64,000 bases of DNA from Candidatus Woesearchaeota archaeon. Lineage in GTDB: Archaea; Nanobdellota; Nanobdellia; Woesearchaeales; 0-14-0-80-44-23. Of the stretch, positions 1-8,864 are shown piece after piece. Both the position numbers and the translations under genes were made by a program. The stretch is from positions 96,001 through 160,000 of the forward strand of contig JAVZCZ010000001.1 of assembly GCA_038874135.1 (NCBI GenBank), written 5' to 3'. The notes beneath the pieces were generated by a model that saw only the letters and a list, made by a program, of their open reading frames with translations, had not been told where the DNA came from and did no database searches. Numbering within the stretch: the first letter of the stretch is position 1; each line of letters starts with the position of its first letter.

Positions 1-117
1 CTTTTTTTATCCCTTTTGGGAATAATTTCACCATCTGTTGAGGAGAAGCTTCGTAGCTATGAGCAGGCGAGAGCTCAGATAATAAAATCCTTTAGGCTGA
101 CCAGAAATGAATATTAA
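1..117 (+). CDS. 3' end of an upstream ORF (partial, unknown product)
   Basis: Frame 1 is open from base 1 (LFLSLLGIISPSVEEKLRSYEQARAQIIKSFRLTRNEY*) and overlaps the ATG at 107, suggesting an operon. Confidence 0.55.
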   Translation, partial: LFLSLLGIISPSVEEKLRSYEQARAQIIKSFRLTRNEY

Positions 118-1753
118 AAAGTTTTTTTCAGGAAGACTAAAAAGCGATGCAGCTTATGATTTGATACAGAAGGAGAATTGTGAGTATTCTCCTAATAGCG
201 TTCAGCACTTGTCTTTGGAGCAGGCGCTCAGAGATTGCCTTATTGGGATAAAGCAGGATGATAATTTGTCTCTAGTTTTTGACAGACAGGCAAAAATTTC
301 CGGTTGGAAGCAGGATGCCCTTTTGAAATCCTCAGTTGCCATCTTTGGCTCTTCTCCAGCTTCAAATTATCTCGCGGCAGGGCTTTCTGCGCTTGGAGTT
401 GGGCGTATATACTTAATTCCCGAATCTGCGAAGGCTCCGTCTTCTCAGGAGTTTCTCTCACGATTGGGGTCAAGGTCTATGCCAAGTGGTGATGGCTTGG
501 AGTACTGGTTGAACTGCAGGTTTCAGAAGAGTCCCCAGTGCAGGGTTTACCTTCTCCGCTCAGCCAGTGAGCTATTCGCATTTAGCATTCCTGACATTGT
601 TTTAGATGCGTCTCATAATTTAGAAGCCAAGCTTGACGCTCTGGACTTCTCTGCTTCACTGTCCGTTCCTCTGCTTTCGGTTTCTTTTAATGGTTATTCC
701 TCTCTTGTTTCAGCAGTGTTTCCTGGAGGCGCTTCTGATTTTTCAGGAAGGGGCTATCCGGGGATTTATTATCTTAAAGAGGCTGATGCTCGCAATTCTA
801 ATTATTTTAACGGTTTTAATATGGCTGCCTGCGGAGTTGCTTCAGGGATTGTTTTGGATATTGTTAGAAAGTTTCTTATGCCCCTCAGCCAGGATGTTTT
901 TCCAGAGCTTCCCTTCTATTATTCTTTGATTTCTGGCATCTCATATGGTGAGAGCGCTCTTAAATCTGCTTATGAAGATTTTTGCGGATTAGAAGGCATT
1001 TCGGAAAAGATGGTTGCTTCTCAAAAATTGCGGTGCCTGCTTGTTGGGGCTGGCGCTCTCGGGAACTTTGCAGCTTTGGCCCTTTGCCTTTCAGGAATTA
1101 GTGTGGATATAGCAGACTTTGATTCTGTGGAGCTTACCAATGCTAACAGGCAGATTTTAATCTCTGATAGGGATTCCATAGCTTTTGGAAGGAATAAGGC
1201 TGAGGTTCTTTCAGAACGGCTTAGAGAGTTGGGAGCTGACTGCACATTCATAAGGGGCATTGTTTCAAAAGGTGGTGTTCCTGAGGGTTATGCTCTGATT
1301 GATAAAACCTTTGTTCAGAAGAATGAATATGGTTGCATTTTGGGGTGCGTGGATAATCCCCTGGCGAGGGCGCTGTTAAATGAAATTGCTGTTCATCAGA
1401 GGATTCCTTTTTTTGATTCAGGCACTGAGCCTTTTTCAGGAAGCCTACGCTGTTACATTCCTGATATGAGCCCCTGCTTAGACTGCCAGGTTGGCATTTA
1501 TGAGCTAGCTCGCATCTGGGAGGAGCGCACTTTACAGAGGGATTCGTGTTCCCTCTCAGAAAAGGAGCCGAGTGTTGTAATTTCTAATATGTTGTTAGGC
1601 TCTGCGCTTGGCGGAGAATTGCTGAGGTTCTTGATTTTGCAAGAGTCTTTTCTTCCCCTTCTTTATGATTCCAGCAATCTTCACCCGCTCTTATTTTCAG
1701 GGGTAACTCCCGCTCCTTCAAAGAGCTGTTCATGTACTTCAAAAACAGATTAA
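107..1753 (+). CDS. E1/ThiF-family adenylyltransferase with two tandem adenylation domains (first degenerate, second intact)
   Basis: Domain 1: FDRQAKISGWKQDAL..VAIFGSSPAS..LSALGVGRI. Domain 2: LLVGAGALG, DFDSVELTNANRQ, KAE, GCVDNPLAR, DSGT, PCLDC, DSC, C-terminal CSC. Confidence 0.85.
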   Translation: MNIKKFFSGRLKSDAAYDLIQKENCEYSPNSVQHLSLEQALRDCLIGIKQDDNLSLVFDRQAKISGWKQDALLKSSVAIFGSSPASNYLAAGLSALGVGRIYLIPESAKAPSSQEFLSRLGSRSMPSGDGLEYWLNCRFQKSPQCRVYLLRSASELFAFSIPDIVLDASHNLEAKLDALDFSASLSVPLLSVSFNGYSSLVSAVFPGGASDFSGRGYPGIYYLKEADARNSNYFNGFNMAACGVASGIVLDIVRKFLMPLSQDVFPELPFYYSLISGISYGESALKSAYEDFCGLEGISEKMVASQKLRCLLVGAGALGNFAALALCLSGISVDIADFDSVELTNANRQILISDRDSIAFGRNKAEVLSERLRELGADCTFIRGIVSKGGVPEGYALIDKTFVQKNEYGCILGCVDNPLARALLNEIAVHQRIPFFDSGTEPFSGSLRCYIPDMSPCLDCQVGIYELARIWEERTLQRDSCSLSEKEPSVVISNMLLGSALGGELLRFLILQESFLPLLYDSSNLHPLLFSGVTPAPSKSCSCTSKTD

Positions 1754-1815
1754 TAACTATTATTTAGTGATAAAAATAGCAATGTTTATATATTAGTTAT
1801 TACTTTATAGTGATT

Positions 1816-2430
1816 ATGAAATTGGCGAGATTGGGGGCATTCATCTTAGTATTCCTTTTAGGCTGGCTCTCCAGCCTAGCATATTCTGAAATATCAACAT
1901 ATAAGCGCCAAGCAGCACTCATAGAAGAGTTTTACGATAAAGAAGCTCCTTACGCTCAATATAAATCAGCAGTTCAGCTGGCAAACCCGAATCGGGACAT
2001 GCTGAGAAGTGTGGCTTCGGAAGTTTCATCAGAAGTGGCTTCCCTATTAAACAAACAGGAGGGGCCAAGAGCGCCTCCAGACAGGATTACTGAAAAGCAG
2101 ATTTATGTCTTTAGAGATAAGGTTATACTTGACATTCCAAATGCTGAGTGGGCTTCCTTTACTCCAACTCATTCGATGGAGCCAGTTCTGAACGAGAACT
2201 CAAACGCAATTGAGGTCAAACCTTCTTCAGAATCCGAAATTCAAGTTGGTGACATAATCGCTTACAGGTCAGAATATGCTGAGGGCACGATAATCCACAG
2301 GGTAATTTCAATAGGCTCGGATGAGAAGGGATGGTTCTGTATTGCTAAGGGAGATAACAATCCCAACCCCGACCCTGGCAAGATAAGATTCAGTCAGATT
2401 GAAAGCGTCGTAGTTGCCATAATATATTAA
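1816..2430 (+). CDS. signal peptidase I (S26, Sec11/SipW-like) with extended N-terminal region
   Basis: N-terminal TM; Ser box THSMEP, VGDII, IIHRV, KGDNN. Confidence 0.85.
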   Translation: MKLARLGAFILVFLLGWLSSLAYSEISTYKRQAALIEEFYDKEAPYAQYKSAVQLANPNRDMLRSVASEVSSEVASLLNKQEGPRAPPDRITEKQIYVFRDKVILDIPNAEWASFTPTHSMEPVLNENSNAIEVKPSSESEIQVGDIIAYRSEYAEGTIIHRVISIGSDEKGWFCIAKGDNNPNPDPGKIRFSQIESVVVAIIY

Positions 2431-2482
2431 TAGTTCAAATTCATACTTTTTAAAAGCAGGACATATATGGAGGATTAACAAG

Positions 2483-3223
2483 ATGGGTGATGAACACTCC
2501 CTGGAAGAGAAAGTGAAGCGTTTTCCAGATGAAACATTAGAATATTATAACGAATTTACCTCTCCCTTAGAGGTTGGAGCTGCTGAACTTATAGAAGAAT
2601 TGCTCAGAACTTCCAGCCTTGGAGGATTTCTAGGCTATTCAGAAAGTCTAATTGATATAAAGAGAATGGACTATGAGGTTTTAAATGCACATGGTGTTTC
2701 TTACCATAAGATAGTTGAAAATTTGGAGAAGATTAAGGAAGTGGCAATGCAGCAGTACTCTCAGAGTTCTCTTAAGCATAAGCGCGGCATAGTTTTTTAT
2801 CTTAACAACAACTATGAATTAGTTAGAGATGAAGCAGCTAAACATAAAAATCAGCTGATTACTTTTTTGAAGAAGATTTTGCTTGGCAAAAGCGCCGGCG
2901 ATAATGAAAAGGCTCATTTCAGAGTCTCAATAAGGAAATTGCAGGATGCATATTGTCCCTGGAGTGTAATTCCGGAGTCTCAGAAAGAGCTGAGTGCATT
3001 AAAATGCAGTTACACACTCTCTCCTAATTATGAAATCTTCATTGAGAACCTGCAAAATGGCAGCTCTTTCAGGTTCAACAACTTGCAGCTTCACATGATA
3101 AGTGAACATAAGTTTTTTGAAGGCAGGTACACTGCAATTGCTCATAACTTTATAGTGCACAACTATTACAGAGTAGAACCTCTGAATATCATCAAGACAC
3201 TTGAACTTGGCAGAAATTATTAA
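2483..3223 (+). CDS. hypothetical protein, possible Cys/His metal-binding
   Basis: 246-aa ORF with GGAGG SD; motifs GFLG..ESL, CPW, HMISEHKFFEG, YRVEP. Confidence 0.75.
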   Translation: MGDEHSLEEKVKRFPDETLEYYNEFTSPLEVGAAELIEELLRTSSLGGFLGYSESLIDIKRMDYEVLNAHGVSYHKIVENLEKIKEVAMQQYSQSSLKHKRGIVFYLNNNYELVRDEAAKHKNQLITFLKKILLGKSAGDNEKAHFRVSIRKLQDAYCPWSVIPESQKELSALKCSYTLSPNYEIFIENLQNGSSFRFNNLQLHMISEHKFFEGRYTAIAHNFIVHNYYRVEPLNIIKTLELGRNY

Positions 3224-3358
3224 AAATGTCTCTTTTCAAACATTCAGCTGAGTAAGCCCTTACAGTTTAGAAAGTTTTAAAAAGCGCGGCACTATCTTTT
3301 CAAATTCTTAAAACTAGTGTAAAAATTAAGTCAGAGCTTGAGGTGGGGGTGGAGCACT

Positions 3359-3466
3359 GTGTATAAACAATTAGAAGTACTAAGCACTAAGAGAGTTTCA
3401 ATTATAATATCCGCACTCGCATCGGCGCTGGTGTTTATTATAACAGTTGTTGCAGCTCTGAGGTAA
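3359..3466 (+). CDS. small membrane protein (35 aa), absent from ORF track
   Basis: GAGGTG/GGAG SD-like sequence, then GTG-YKQLEVLSTKRVSIIISALASALVFIITVVAALR*; one hydrophobic helix. Confidence 0.55.
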   Translation: MYKQLEVLSTKRVSIIISALASALVFIITVVAALR

Positions 3467-3551
3467 TCCCTAAATTTTTTACTAGTAAATTCGTAAGATT
3501 TTCGCCTTTTAATCAATATATCTTATTAATTTAAATTATTAACAAAAAATT

Positions 3552-3875
3552 ATGGATCTAAAATATGAGTCGCTCTGTAAAATTTCATTAGCCTCATCGC
3601 TTTTAGGCATAGTGCTTCTCTTCCTGATGCTTCAAAATGCTCCCAGCTCAGCTTTTCCGCAGCAGGAAAGCCCTCAGATGAGGTTTAGGTCAAACTTTAC
3701 AGTTACTTCGGTCATCCCTAAGAGGGACTATTTCCTTGTAGGGCTTTATGGCTGCAGTTCTGTGCAAGCTAGATTTTATGGCGAGAAAATAGAACTTCTT
3801 CCCAATCAGAGCATATCTGCTCTGCTGGAGAATAGGGGAAGCTATCTTCTTCTGCTGGGTTGGGAGAAAAATTAG
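3552..3875 (+). CDS. membrane-anchored hypothetical protein, possible OB-fold
   Basis: N-terminal TM followed by a short beta-rich domain. Confidence 0.6.
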   Translation: MDLKYESLCKISLASSLLGIVLLFLMLQNAPSSAFPQQESPQMRFRSNFTVTSVIPKRDYFLVGLYGCSSVQARFYGEKIELLPNQSISALLENRGSYLLLLGWEKN

Positions 3876-3891
3876 TGCTCCTAAATTTGGG

Positions 3892-3956
3892 AGTGCCTCA
3901 GCGAGTTCCATCTCATCATCTCTTTCTCAGGCGGGAATAACTTCATCATCGGCACT
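3892..3956 (-). ncRNA. box C/D methylation-guide sRNA
   Basis: Minus strand reads AGUGCC-G-AUGAUGA(C)-AGUUAUUCCCGC-CUGA(D')-GAAAGAG-AUGAUGA(C')-GAUGGAACUCG-CUGA(D)-GGCACU; four perfect boxes, 12/11-nt guides, 6-bp terminal stem, intergenic. Confidence 0.9.
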
Positions 3957-4083
3957 TCAAATATTTGCCTGCTTCATTTCAAAATTTTTTTGACATTTAA
4001 ATTATTTTCTTTCTATCTATTCCGAAACACTTTCGGTTTGAGGGCAGTTGAGCTTATTTATTCATAAATGTATTATACCTTAA

Positions 4084-5280
4084 ATGTTCAATGCTTTTGA
4101 ACAGGTGCTCTTAGGAGTTTTTGGAGGGGTGCTGCTTGGGCTAATCTCCGGCTTAGTTCCAGGAATGCACATAAACCTCTTGGGCTCAACACTTCTCAGC
4201 GCCAGCATTTTTCTTCCCTCTTACTCCATGCTTATTTCTTCTCTAATATTTTCAGCTGCAGCCTCTCAGCTCTTCTCTTCCTTCATCCCATCAATATTCT
4301 TGGGAGCGCCTAGCAGTGAAAACTTTCTAAGCGCACTGCCAGGGCACAAGTTACTGTTAAAGGGCTTCGGCATGAGAGCCCTCTTCATATCTGTTGTGGC
4401 TGCACTTCTCGGAATGTTATGCTCCTTCTTGTTACTTCCAGTTTTTATTTTCTTAGCTCCGCACCTTTACAGAATCATATTGCCAGCAATTCCTTACTCC
4501 CTAATCATCGTTTCACTAAGCATGTTTCTAAAAGAGGAAACCTTGAAGAAGAGGGTTTGGGCAGTAGTGTGCTTTCTGCTTTCAGGCGCAGCCGGGATTG
4601 TTGCTCTTAATTCTCAAATGCGAAACCCCTTAACCCCAATGCTTTCAGGCCTATTCGGTGCTGGAATGCTGATGTTCAGCATTTTCAGCACAAGCAGGAT
4701 TCCCAATCAGCATTCTGAAAATTTCAGAATTTCAGCTTCTTCATTGAAGAATCTTCCATTCTCAGTTTTGTCAGGTGGGCTGGTCTGCTTGTTTCCTGCA
4801 ATGGGACCAGCTCAGGCTGCTGCCATATCTTCTGAACTTTCTAAGGCTGAAGGAGAGGACTATCTTGTCCTATCAGGCGGGATTTCGTCAGCTAATCTTC
4901 TTCTCAGTCTTGGAACCGCTCTTTCTATAGGTAAGGCTAGGAATGGTGGAACTGCGCTTGCAGTTTCTTTTGGGATTTCTGAGAGGGTGGTAGCTGTTTT
5001 GGCTCTTTGCGCTCTTGTTTCAGCAGCTCTTTCAGCATTTATAGTTATGCTCATCTCACCCCTTTTTCTCTCTCTAATTCAAAAGTTCAATTATGGACTG
5101 ATTGCAGCTTTTTCTTTAGCCTCAATATTTTTGATATGCTTTATTTCTTCTGGATTTGTCGGAGTTGTCCTATTTCTTGTCTGCTCTTCAATAGGACTCC
5201 TAGCAAACCTTCTCGGATTGAACAGAAGCTGCCTGATGGGCTGTTTGACTATTCCAATAATTTTTAATTATTTCACTTAA
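4084..5280 (+). CDS. tripartite tricarboxylate transporter permease-like protein (TctA/DUF112)
   Basis: Polytopic; GLVPGMHIN, FIPSIFLGAP, LPGHKLLLKGFG, PMLSGLFG. Confidence 0.85.
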   Translation: MFNAFEQVLLGVFGGVLLGLISGLVPGMHINLLGSTLLSASIFLPSYSMLISSLIFSAAASQLFSSFIPSIFLGAPSSENFLSALPGHKLLLKGFGMRALFISVVAALLGMLCSFLLLPVFIFLAPHLYRIILPAIPYSLIIVSLSMFLKEETLKKRVWAVVCFLLSGAAGIVALNSQMRNPLTPMLSGLFGAGMLMFSIFSTSRIPNQHSENFRISASSLKNLPFSVLSGGLVCLFPAMGPAQAAAISSELSKAEGEDYLVLSGGISSANLLLSLGTALSIGKARNGGTALAVSFGISERVVAVLALCALVSAALSAFIVMLISPLFLSLIQKFNYGLIAAFSLASIFLICFISSGFVGVVLFLVCSSIGLLANLLGLNRSCLMGCLTIPIIFNYFT

Positions 5281-5364
5281 AATTTTTTTTAACCGTTGAA
5301 GGATTAATAAATTTTTTAAATAGAAAGTGGTTGCCTAATTCAACTTGTTAATAAATTATTAAAA

Positions 5365-5985
5365 ATGGACACGGAATTTGAAGAGCAAAAGTCCTATTCT
5401 TATGACAGGACGGTTCATCTCAGAATGAGCGGATGCAGGAATCTCTATGAGGATTCTCTTGAAGATATAATTAACGCATGTGTATTTCTTTCCAATGCTG
5501 ACGAGCGCGAGAGGATTATTCATAAGTTTTCTCCTCAGGGCGTGAGCTCCTCTTCAATATTGAGCGAGAGCCACCTTAACTTTCACATCTCTCCAGAGGA
5601 GCATGAAAGGTATGTTCAGATTGATATTTCTACCTGTGGAAGGCACACCACGCCTACAAAAATAGTGAGGTTTCTCATGGCATCTTTCATTCCGAGGGAA
5701 GCCAAGCTAAAGTATGAATACCTGGGTTTTGATTATATTGAGGATATCTTTCCAAAGAATGAGAACGATTTTCTAGATGAGATGTTTGAGAAAAGGTACC
5801 ATTTTGATTTTGAAGGAAAGCACCTGGTATACATATGGTCTTATTACAGTGCTAATTTTCCAATGCGCGAATTTGAAAGATATCTAGTGTATGAAGTTTC
5901 AGAATTGAAAAATCTGAACGACCAAAATCTTAGGGAGTTCTACGTTCACTTTAAATTTTTAAGAATGCAACCTATTTATTCTTAA
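5365..5985 (+). CDS. speD: pyruvoyl-dependent S-adenosylmethionine decarboxylase-family proenzyme with C-terminal extension
   Basis: HKFSPQGVS..ILSE|SHLNFHISPE..DISTCG; ES autocleavage site and catalytic Cys present. Confidence 0.75.
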   Translation: MDTEFEEQKSYSYDRTVHLRMSGCRNLYEDSLEDIINACVFLSNADERERIIHKFSPQGVSSSSILSESHLNFHISPEEHERYVQIDISTCGRHTTPTKIVRFLMASFIPREAKLKYEYLGFDYIEDIFPKNENDFLDEMFEKRYHFDFEGKHLVYIWSYYSANFPMREFERYLVYEVSELKNLNDQNLREFYVHFKFLRMQPIYS

Positions 5986-6000
5986 GCTTTCAATCTTTTT

Positions 6001-7395
6001 TCACTGCGGCATTATTATTCCATAGCCTATTAGCCTATACCTGTCTCCCAAGCGTCTGGAGATTGTTACCCTTGAACCGGCTTCTGCACATACTGGAAGC
6101 TTCAGAGCGCATTCAATAATGTCCTTTCCAAGCTTTACAACCTTACCTACCGTGGCTGCAGAATTCACATTTAGCATTAGAAACTCGTCCATCTTTATCG
6201 GCTCAACCACCAACTCGTCCTTAGCGCCGACTACTCTTTCAAGAAGTTTTATGCTTAGTTTTAAAGAATACCACACTGGAGGCAACTTGCCAGGCATTCC
6301 AACTATTGAACCTGACAGGCTATCTGACTTTACTATTGAAGGATCCATCTCAGTCATTATAGCGGAGGATCCGCCAGGCCTTAGCTCTTGAACCTTCACT
6401 CCGCCAGTCATCAGTCCAAGTATGCGCGTCCTTATCGGTAGCCACTGCACCCTGCCCTCCCTTTCAACTCTTCTTCCAGGCTTTATCTCAATTTCCTGTC
6501 CCACTACAAGTTTTCCCTGCTTTACGCTTCCGCCTAGAACTCCTCCCTGCATGTTTTCAGGTAGAGTGCCCGGCTTGTTTATGTCAAAGGATCTTGCTAC
6601 TAAGAAGAGCGGGTCTTTATTCTCGTCCCTTTTTGGAGTTAGAAATCTTTTTTCTATCGCTTCAAGTATCAGGTCTATGTTTATGTTCTGCTGTGCGGAA
6701 ACTGGTATTATTGGAGCGTTTTCGTATTGTGTGCCTTTTAGGAAGCTTCTTATCTGGTTGTAATTCTCAATTGCTTCCTCTTTTGAAACCAGGTCTATCT
6801 TGTTCTGTATGACTATGATGTCCTTTATTCCGACTATTTGAAGCGCCATCAGGTGTTCCTTTGTCTGCGGCTGCGGGCATGGCTCATTAGCTGCTATGAG
6901 CAGGAGCGCATAGTCCATTATAGTGGCTCCGGAAAGCATTGTTGCCATTAAACTTTCGTGTCCTGGAGCATCTATGAAGCTAACCTTTCTTAGAAAGACG
7001 GTTTCAGAGCTGCAATGTGGGCATTTATCCTTAGTGGTGTAGCAGTCCGGCTCAGGGCATTTTGGACACTTTCTTATCACCATATCAGCATATCCCAGCT
7101 TTATAGTTATGCCTAGCCTTATCTCTTCAGAGTGTGTGTCAGTCCACTTGCCAGTTAGGCGTTCTGTAAGGGTTGTTTTTCCGTGGTCTACATGTCCTAC
7201 AAGTCCTATGTTTATCTCCGGCTGTTCATCTTCTCTCTTTATTTCAATTTTTTCTTCAGATTTTGCGTGGTGAGGCTTCTGCTCTTCTCCAGCTGTTTTT
7301 CTCTTATATGTCCGTTTGGGTTTTTCAGCTGCTTTTACCTCTGAAGAATTCTGCGCTCCTTCCAGGATTGACTCTTCGCTTTTTTTTCTTCCCAT
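6001..7395 (-). CDS. eif2g: translation initiation factor 2 gamma subunit
   Basis: QPEINIGLVGHVDHGKTT, Zn knuckle, DAPGH, QNKID, SRR..YRLIGYG; charged N-terminal extension. Confidence 0.97.
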   Translation of the reverse strand: MGRKKSEESILEGAQNSSEVKAAEKPKRTYKRKTAGEEQKPHHAKSEEKIEIKREDEQPEINIGLVGHVDHGKTTLTERLTGKWTDTHSEEIRLGITIKLGYADMVIRKCPKCPEPDCYTTKDKCPHCSSETVFLRKVSFIDAPGHESLMATMLSGATIMDYALLLIAANEPCPQPQTKEHLMALQIVGIKDIIVIQNKIDLVSKEEAIENYNQIRSFLKGTQYENAPIIPVSAQQNINIDLILEAIEKRFLTPKRDENKDPLFLVARSFDINKPGTLPENMQGGVLGGSVKQGKLVVGQEIEIKPGRRVEREGRVQWLPIRTRILGLMTGGVKVQELRPGGSSAIMTEMDPSIVKSDSLSGSIVGMPGKLPPVWYSLKLSIKLLERVVGAKDELVVEPIKMDEFLMLNVNSAATVGKVVKLGKDIIECALKLPVCAEAGSRVTISRRLGDRYRLIGYGIIMPQ

Positions 7396-7407
7396 TTTTT
7401 ACTTTTT

Positions 7408-7800
7408 TTACTCCGCCTTTTCTTCCTTCTTCTCTTCTGCTAATGGCTTTGTTCCATACTTGAGGATTTTCATATTTATCTGAGAAGTTTTTGAATGTAT
7501 TGTGTTTCCAGCTACTGTCTTTCTGAGCCTCTGCCCCTTAGGCACATTTCTTACTCCTGTGCTTCTGACAGTGTATATCCTCTTCCTGCCCGCCTCGTTT
7601 AGGTCCTTCCTCATTGGAAATCCGCAGTAGTCAGAGCCGCCTGTTATTTCAAATTCGTATCCGGGCATTCCAATGTCTTCTCCAGGAACCTTATCACCTA
7701 TCTTCTTGCCTATCAGTTTTGAGGCTTCAGTTCCTTTTGCCTCGTGCTTGTAGCATTTTCCTGTTTTTGGGTCAGCAATCACGATTTTGAAGTCAGCCAT
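7408..7800 (-). CDS. rps6e: 30S ribosomal protein S6e
   Basis: FKIVIADPKTGK, ITGGSD.CGFPMR, RKTVAGN; usual neighbour of eif2g. Confidence 0.96.
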   Translation of the reverse strand: MADFKIVIADPKTGKCYKHEAKGTEASKLIGKKIGDKVPGEDIGMPGYEFEITGGSDYCGFPMRKDLNEAGRKRIYTVRSTGVRNVPKGQRLRKTVAGNTIHSKTSQINMKILKYGTKPLAEEKKEEKAE

Positions 7801-7957
7801 TCTGATTCCTCCCTACTAAATTTTTATTCCAATCAGGATTTGGGTTCTATTTAAATAGTTTACTACTCCGTCTCATTAAAAGCTTTAGCTTAACTTTTTG
7901 TCAAGTTTTTTATACTTGCTAATAAAACCTGAAAAACATTTTGTGGTGAATCCTCAA

Positions 7958-8863
7958 ATGCAGGAGAACTTTTACGAAGAAGAACTTGAAACCTGGCTCA
8001 GAGCGGGAAGAATCGGTGCTGAGGCACGCGAATACGCTAGAACTCTAATTAAGCCAGGCGTTTCCCTCGTTGAGGTAGCGGAAAAGGTTGAGGAGAAGAT
8101 AAGGCAGCTGGGCGGCGTTCCGGCATTTCCAGTGCAGCTCTCTCTTAACAGCTTTGCAGCTCACTACTGTCCCGACATTGAAGATAAAACCTTATTGAAA
8201 GAGGAAGACCTTGTTAAGGTAGATTTAGGAGTCAGTGTTGAAGGGTGCATATCTGACACTGCTTTCACAGCCTATCTTGGGAGTGATGAGAAGATTCTCA
8301 GACTGATAAGTGCTTCGCAGAACGCTTTAAAGAATGCAGCTAAAGAGGTGAAGTTTGGAGCGGAGATTGGTAGGATTGGTAGGATAATTCAGGATAGCAT
8401 AACCTCCTTAGGATTTTCACCTGTTAGAAACCTTTCAGGGCACGGGCTTGGTAAATTTCAGATACACACCAGTCCAACAATACCCAATTTCGCAGTTTCT
8501 TCCAAAAGCCTTTTTTCAGTTCAGGCAGTTGCGATTGAGCCGTTTGCCACTGATGGAGTTGGCATAGTTGAGGATTCGGGAGTGCCGAATGTTTTTGCAT
8601 TAACCAACAAGAAGCCAGTGCGCGACCCAATAACGCGGAAGGTATTATCCTTAATATTGGAATACAACGGCCTCCCATTTGCTAGGCGCTGGTTGGAATA
8701 TAAGTTTTCAAAGGGTGAGGTGAATTTTGCTCTCAGAAACCTCTTAAGGGATGAGATAATAACAGAGTATCCGCCGCTTGCTGAGATTTCAAACGGCATG
8801 GTCAGTCAGGCAGAGCACACTTTTCTGATTCTGAAAGATAAAACGATTATGAGCACAGAGTAG
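7958..8863 (+). CDS. map: type II methionine aminopeptidase
   Basis: AFP, AAHY, KVDLG, SDTAFT, NLSGH, IEPFAT, QAEHT; ATG at 7958 follows GGTGA. Confidence 0.95.
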   Translation: MQENFYEEELETWLRAGRIGAEAREYARTLIKPGVSLVEVAEKVEEKIRQLGGVPAFPVQLSLNSFAAHYCPDIEDKTLLKEEDLVKVDLGVSVEGCISDTAFTAYLGSDEKILRLISASQNALKNAAKEVKFGAEIGRIGRIIQDSITSLGFSPVRNLSGHGLGKFQIHTSPTIPNFAVSSKSLFSVQAVAIEPFATDGVGIVEDSGVPNVFALTNKKPVRDPITRKVLSLILEYNGLPFARRWLEYKFSKGEVNFALRNLLRDEIITEYPPLAEISNGMVSQAEHTFLILKDKTIMSTE

Positions 8864-8864
8864 C

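Noticed and set aside
3331-3911. Minus-strand ORFs 3331-3516 and 3690-3911
   Set aside because: Antisense to better-supported plus-strand ORFs; the second starts within the C/D sRNA
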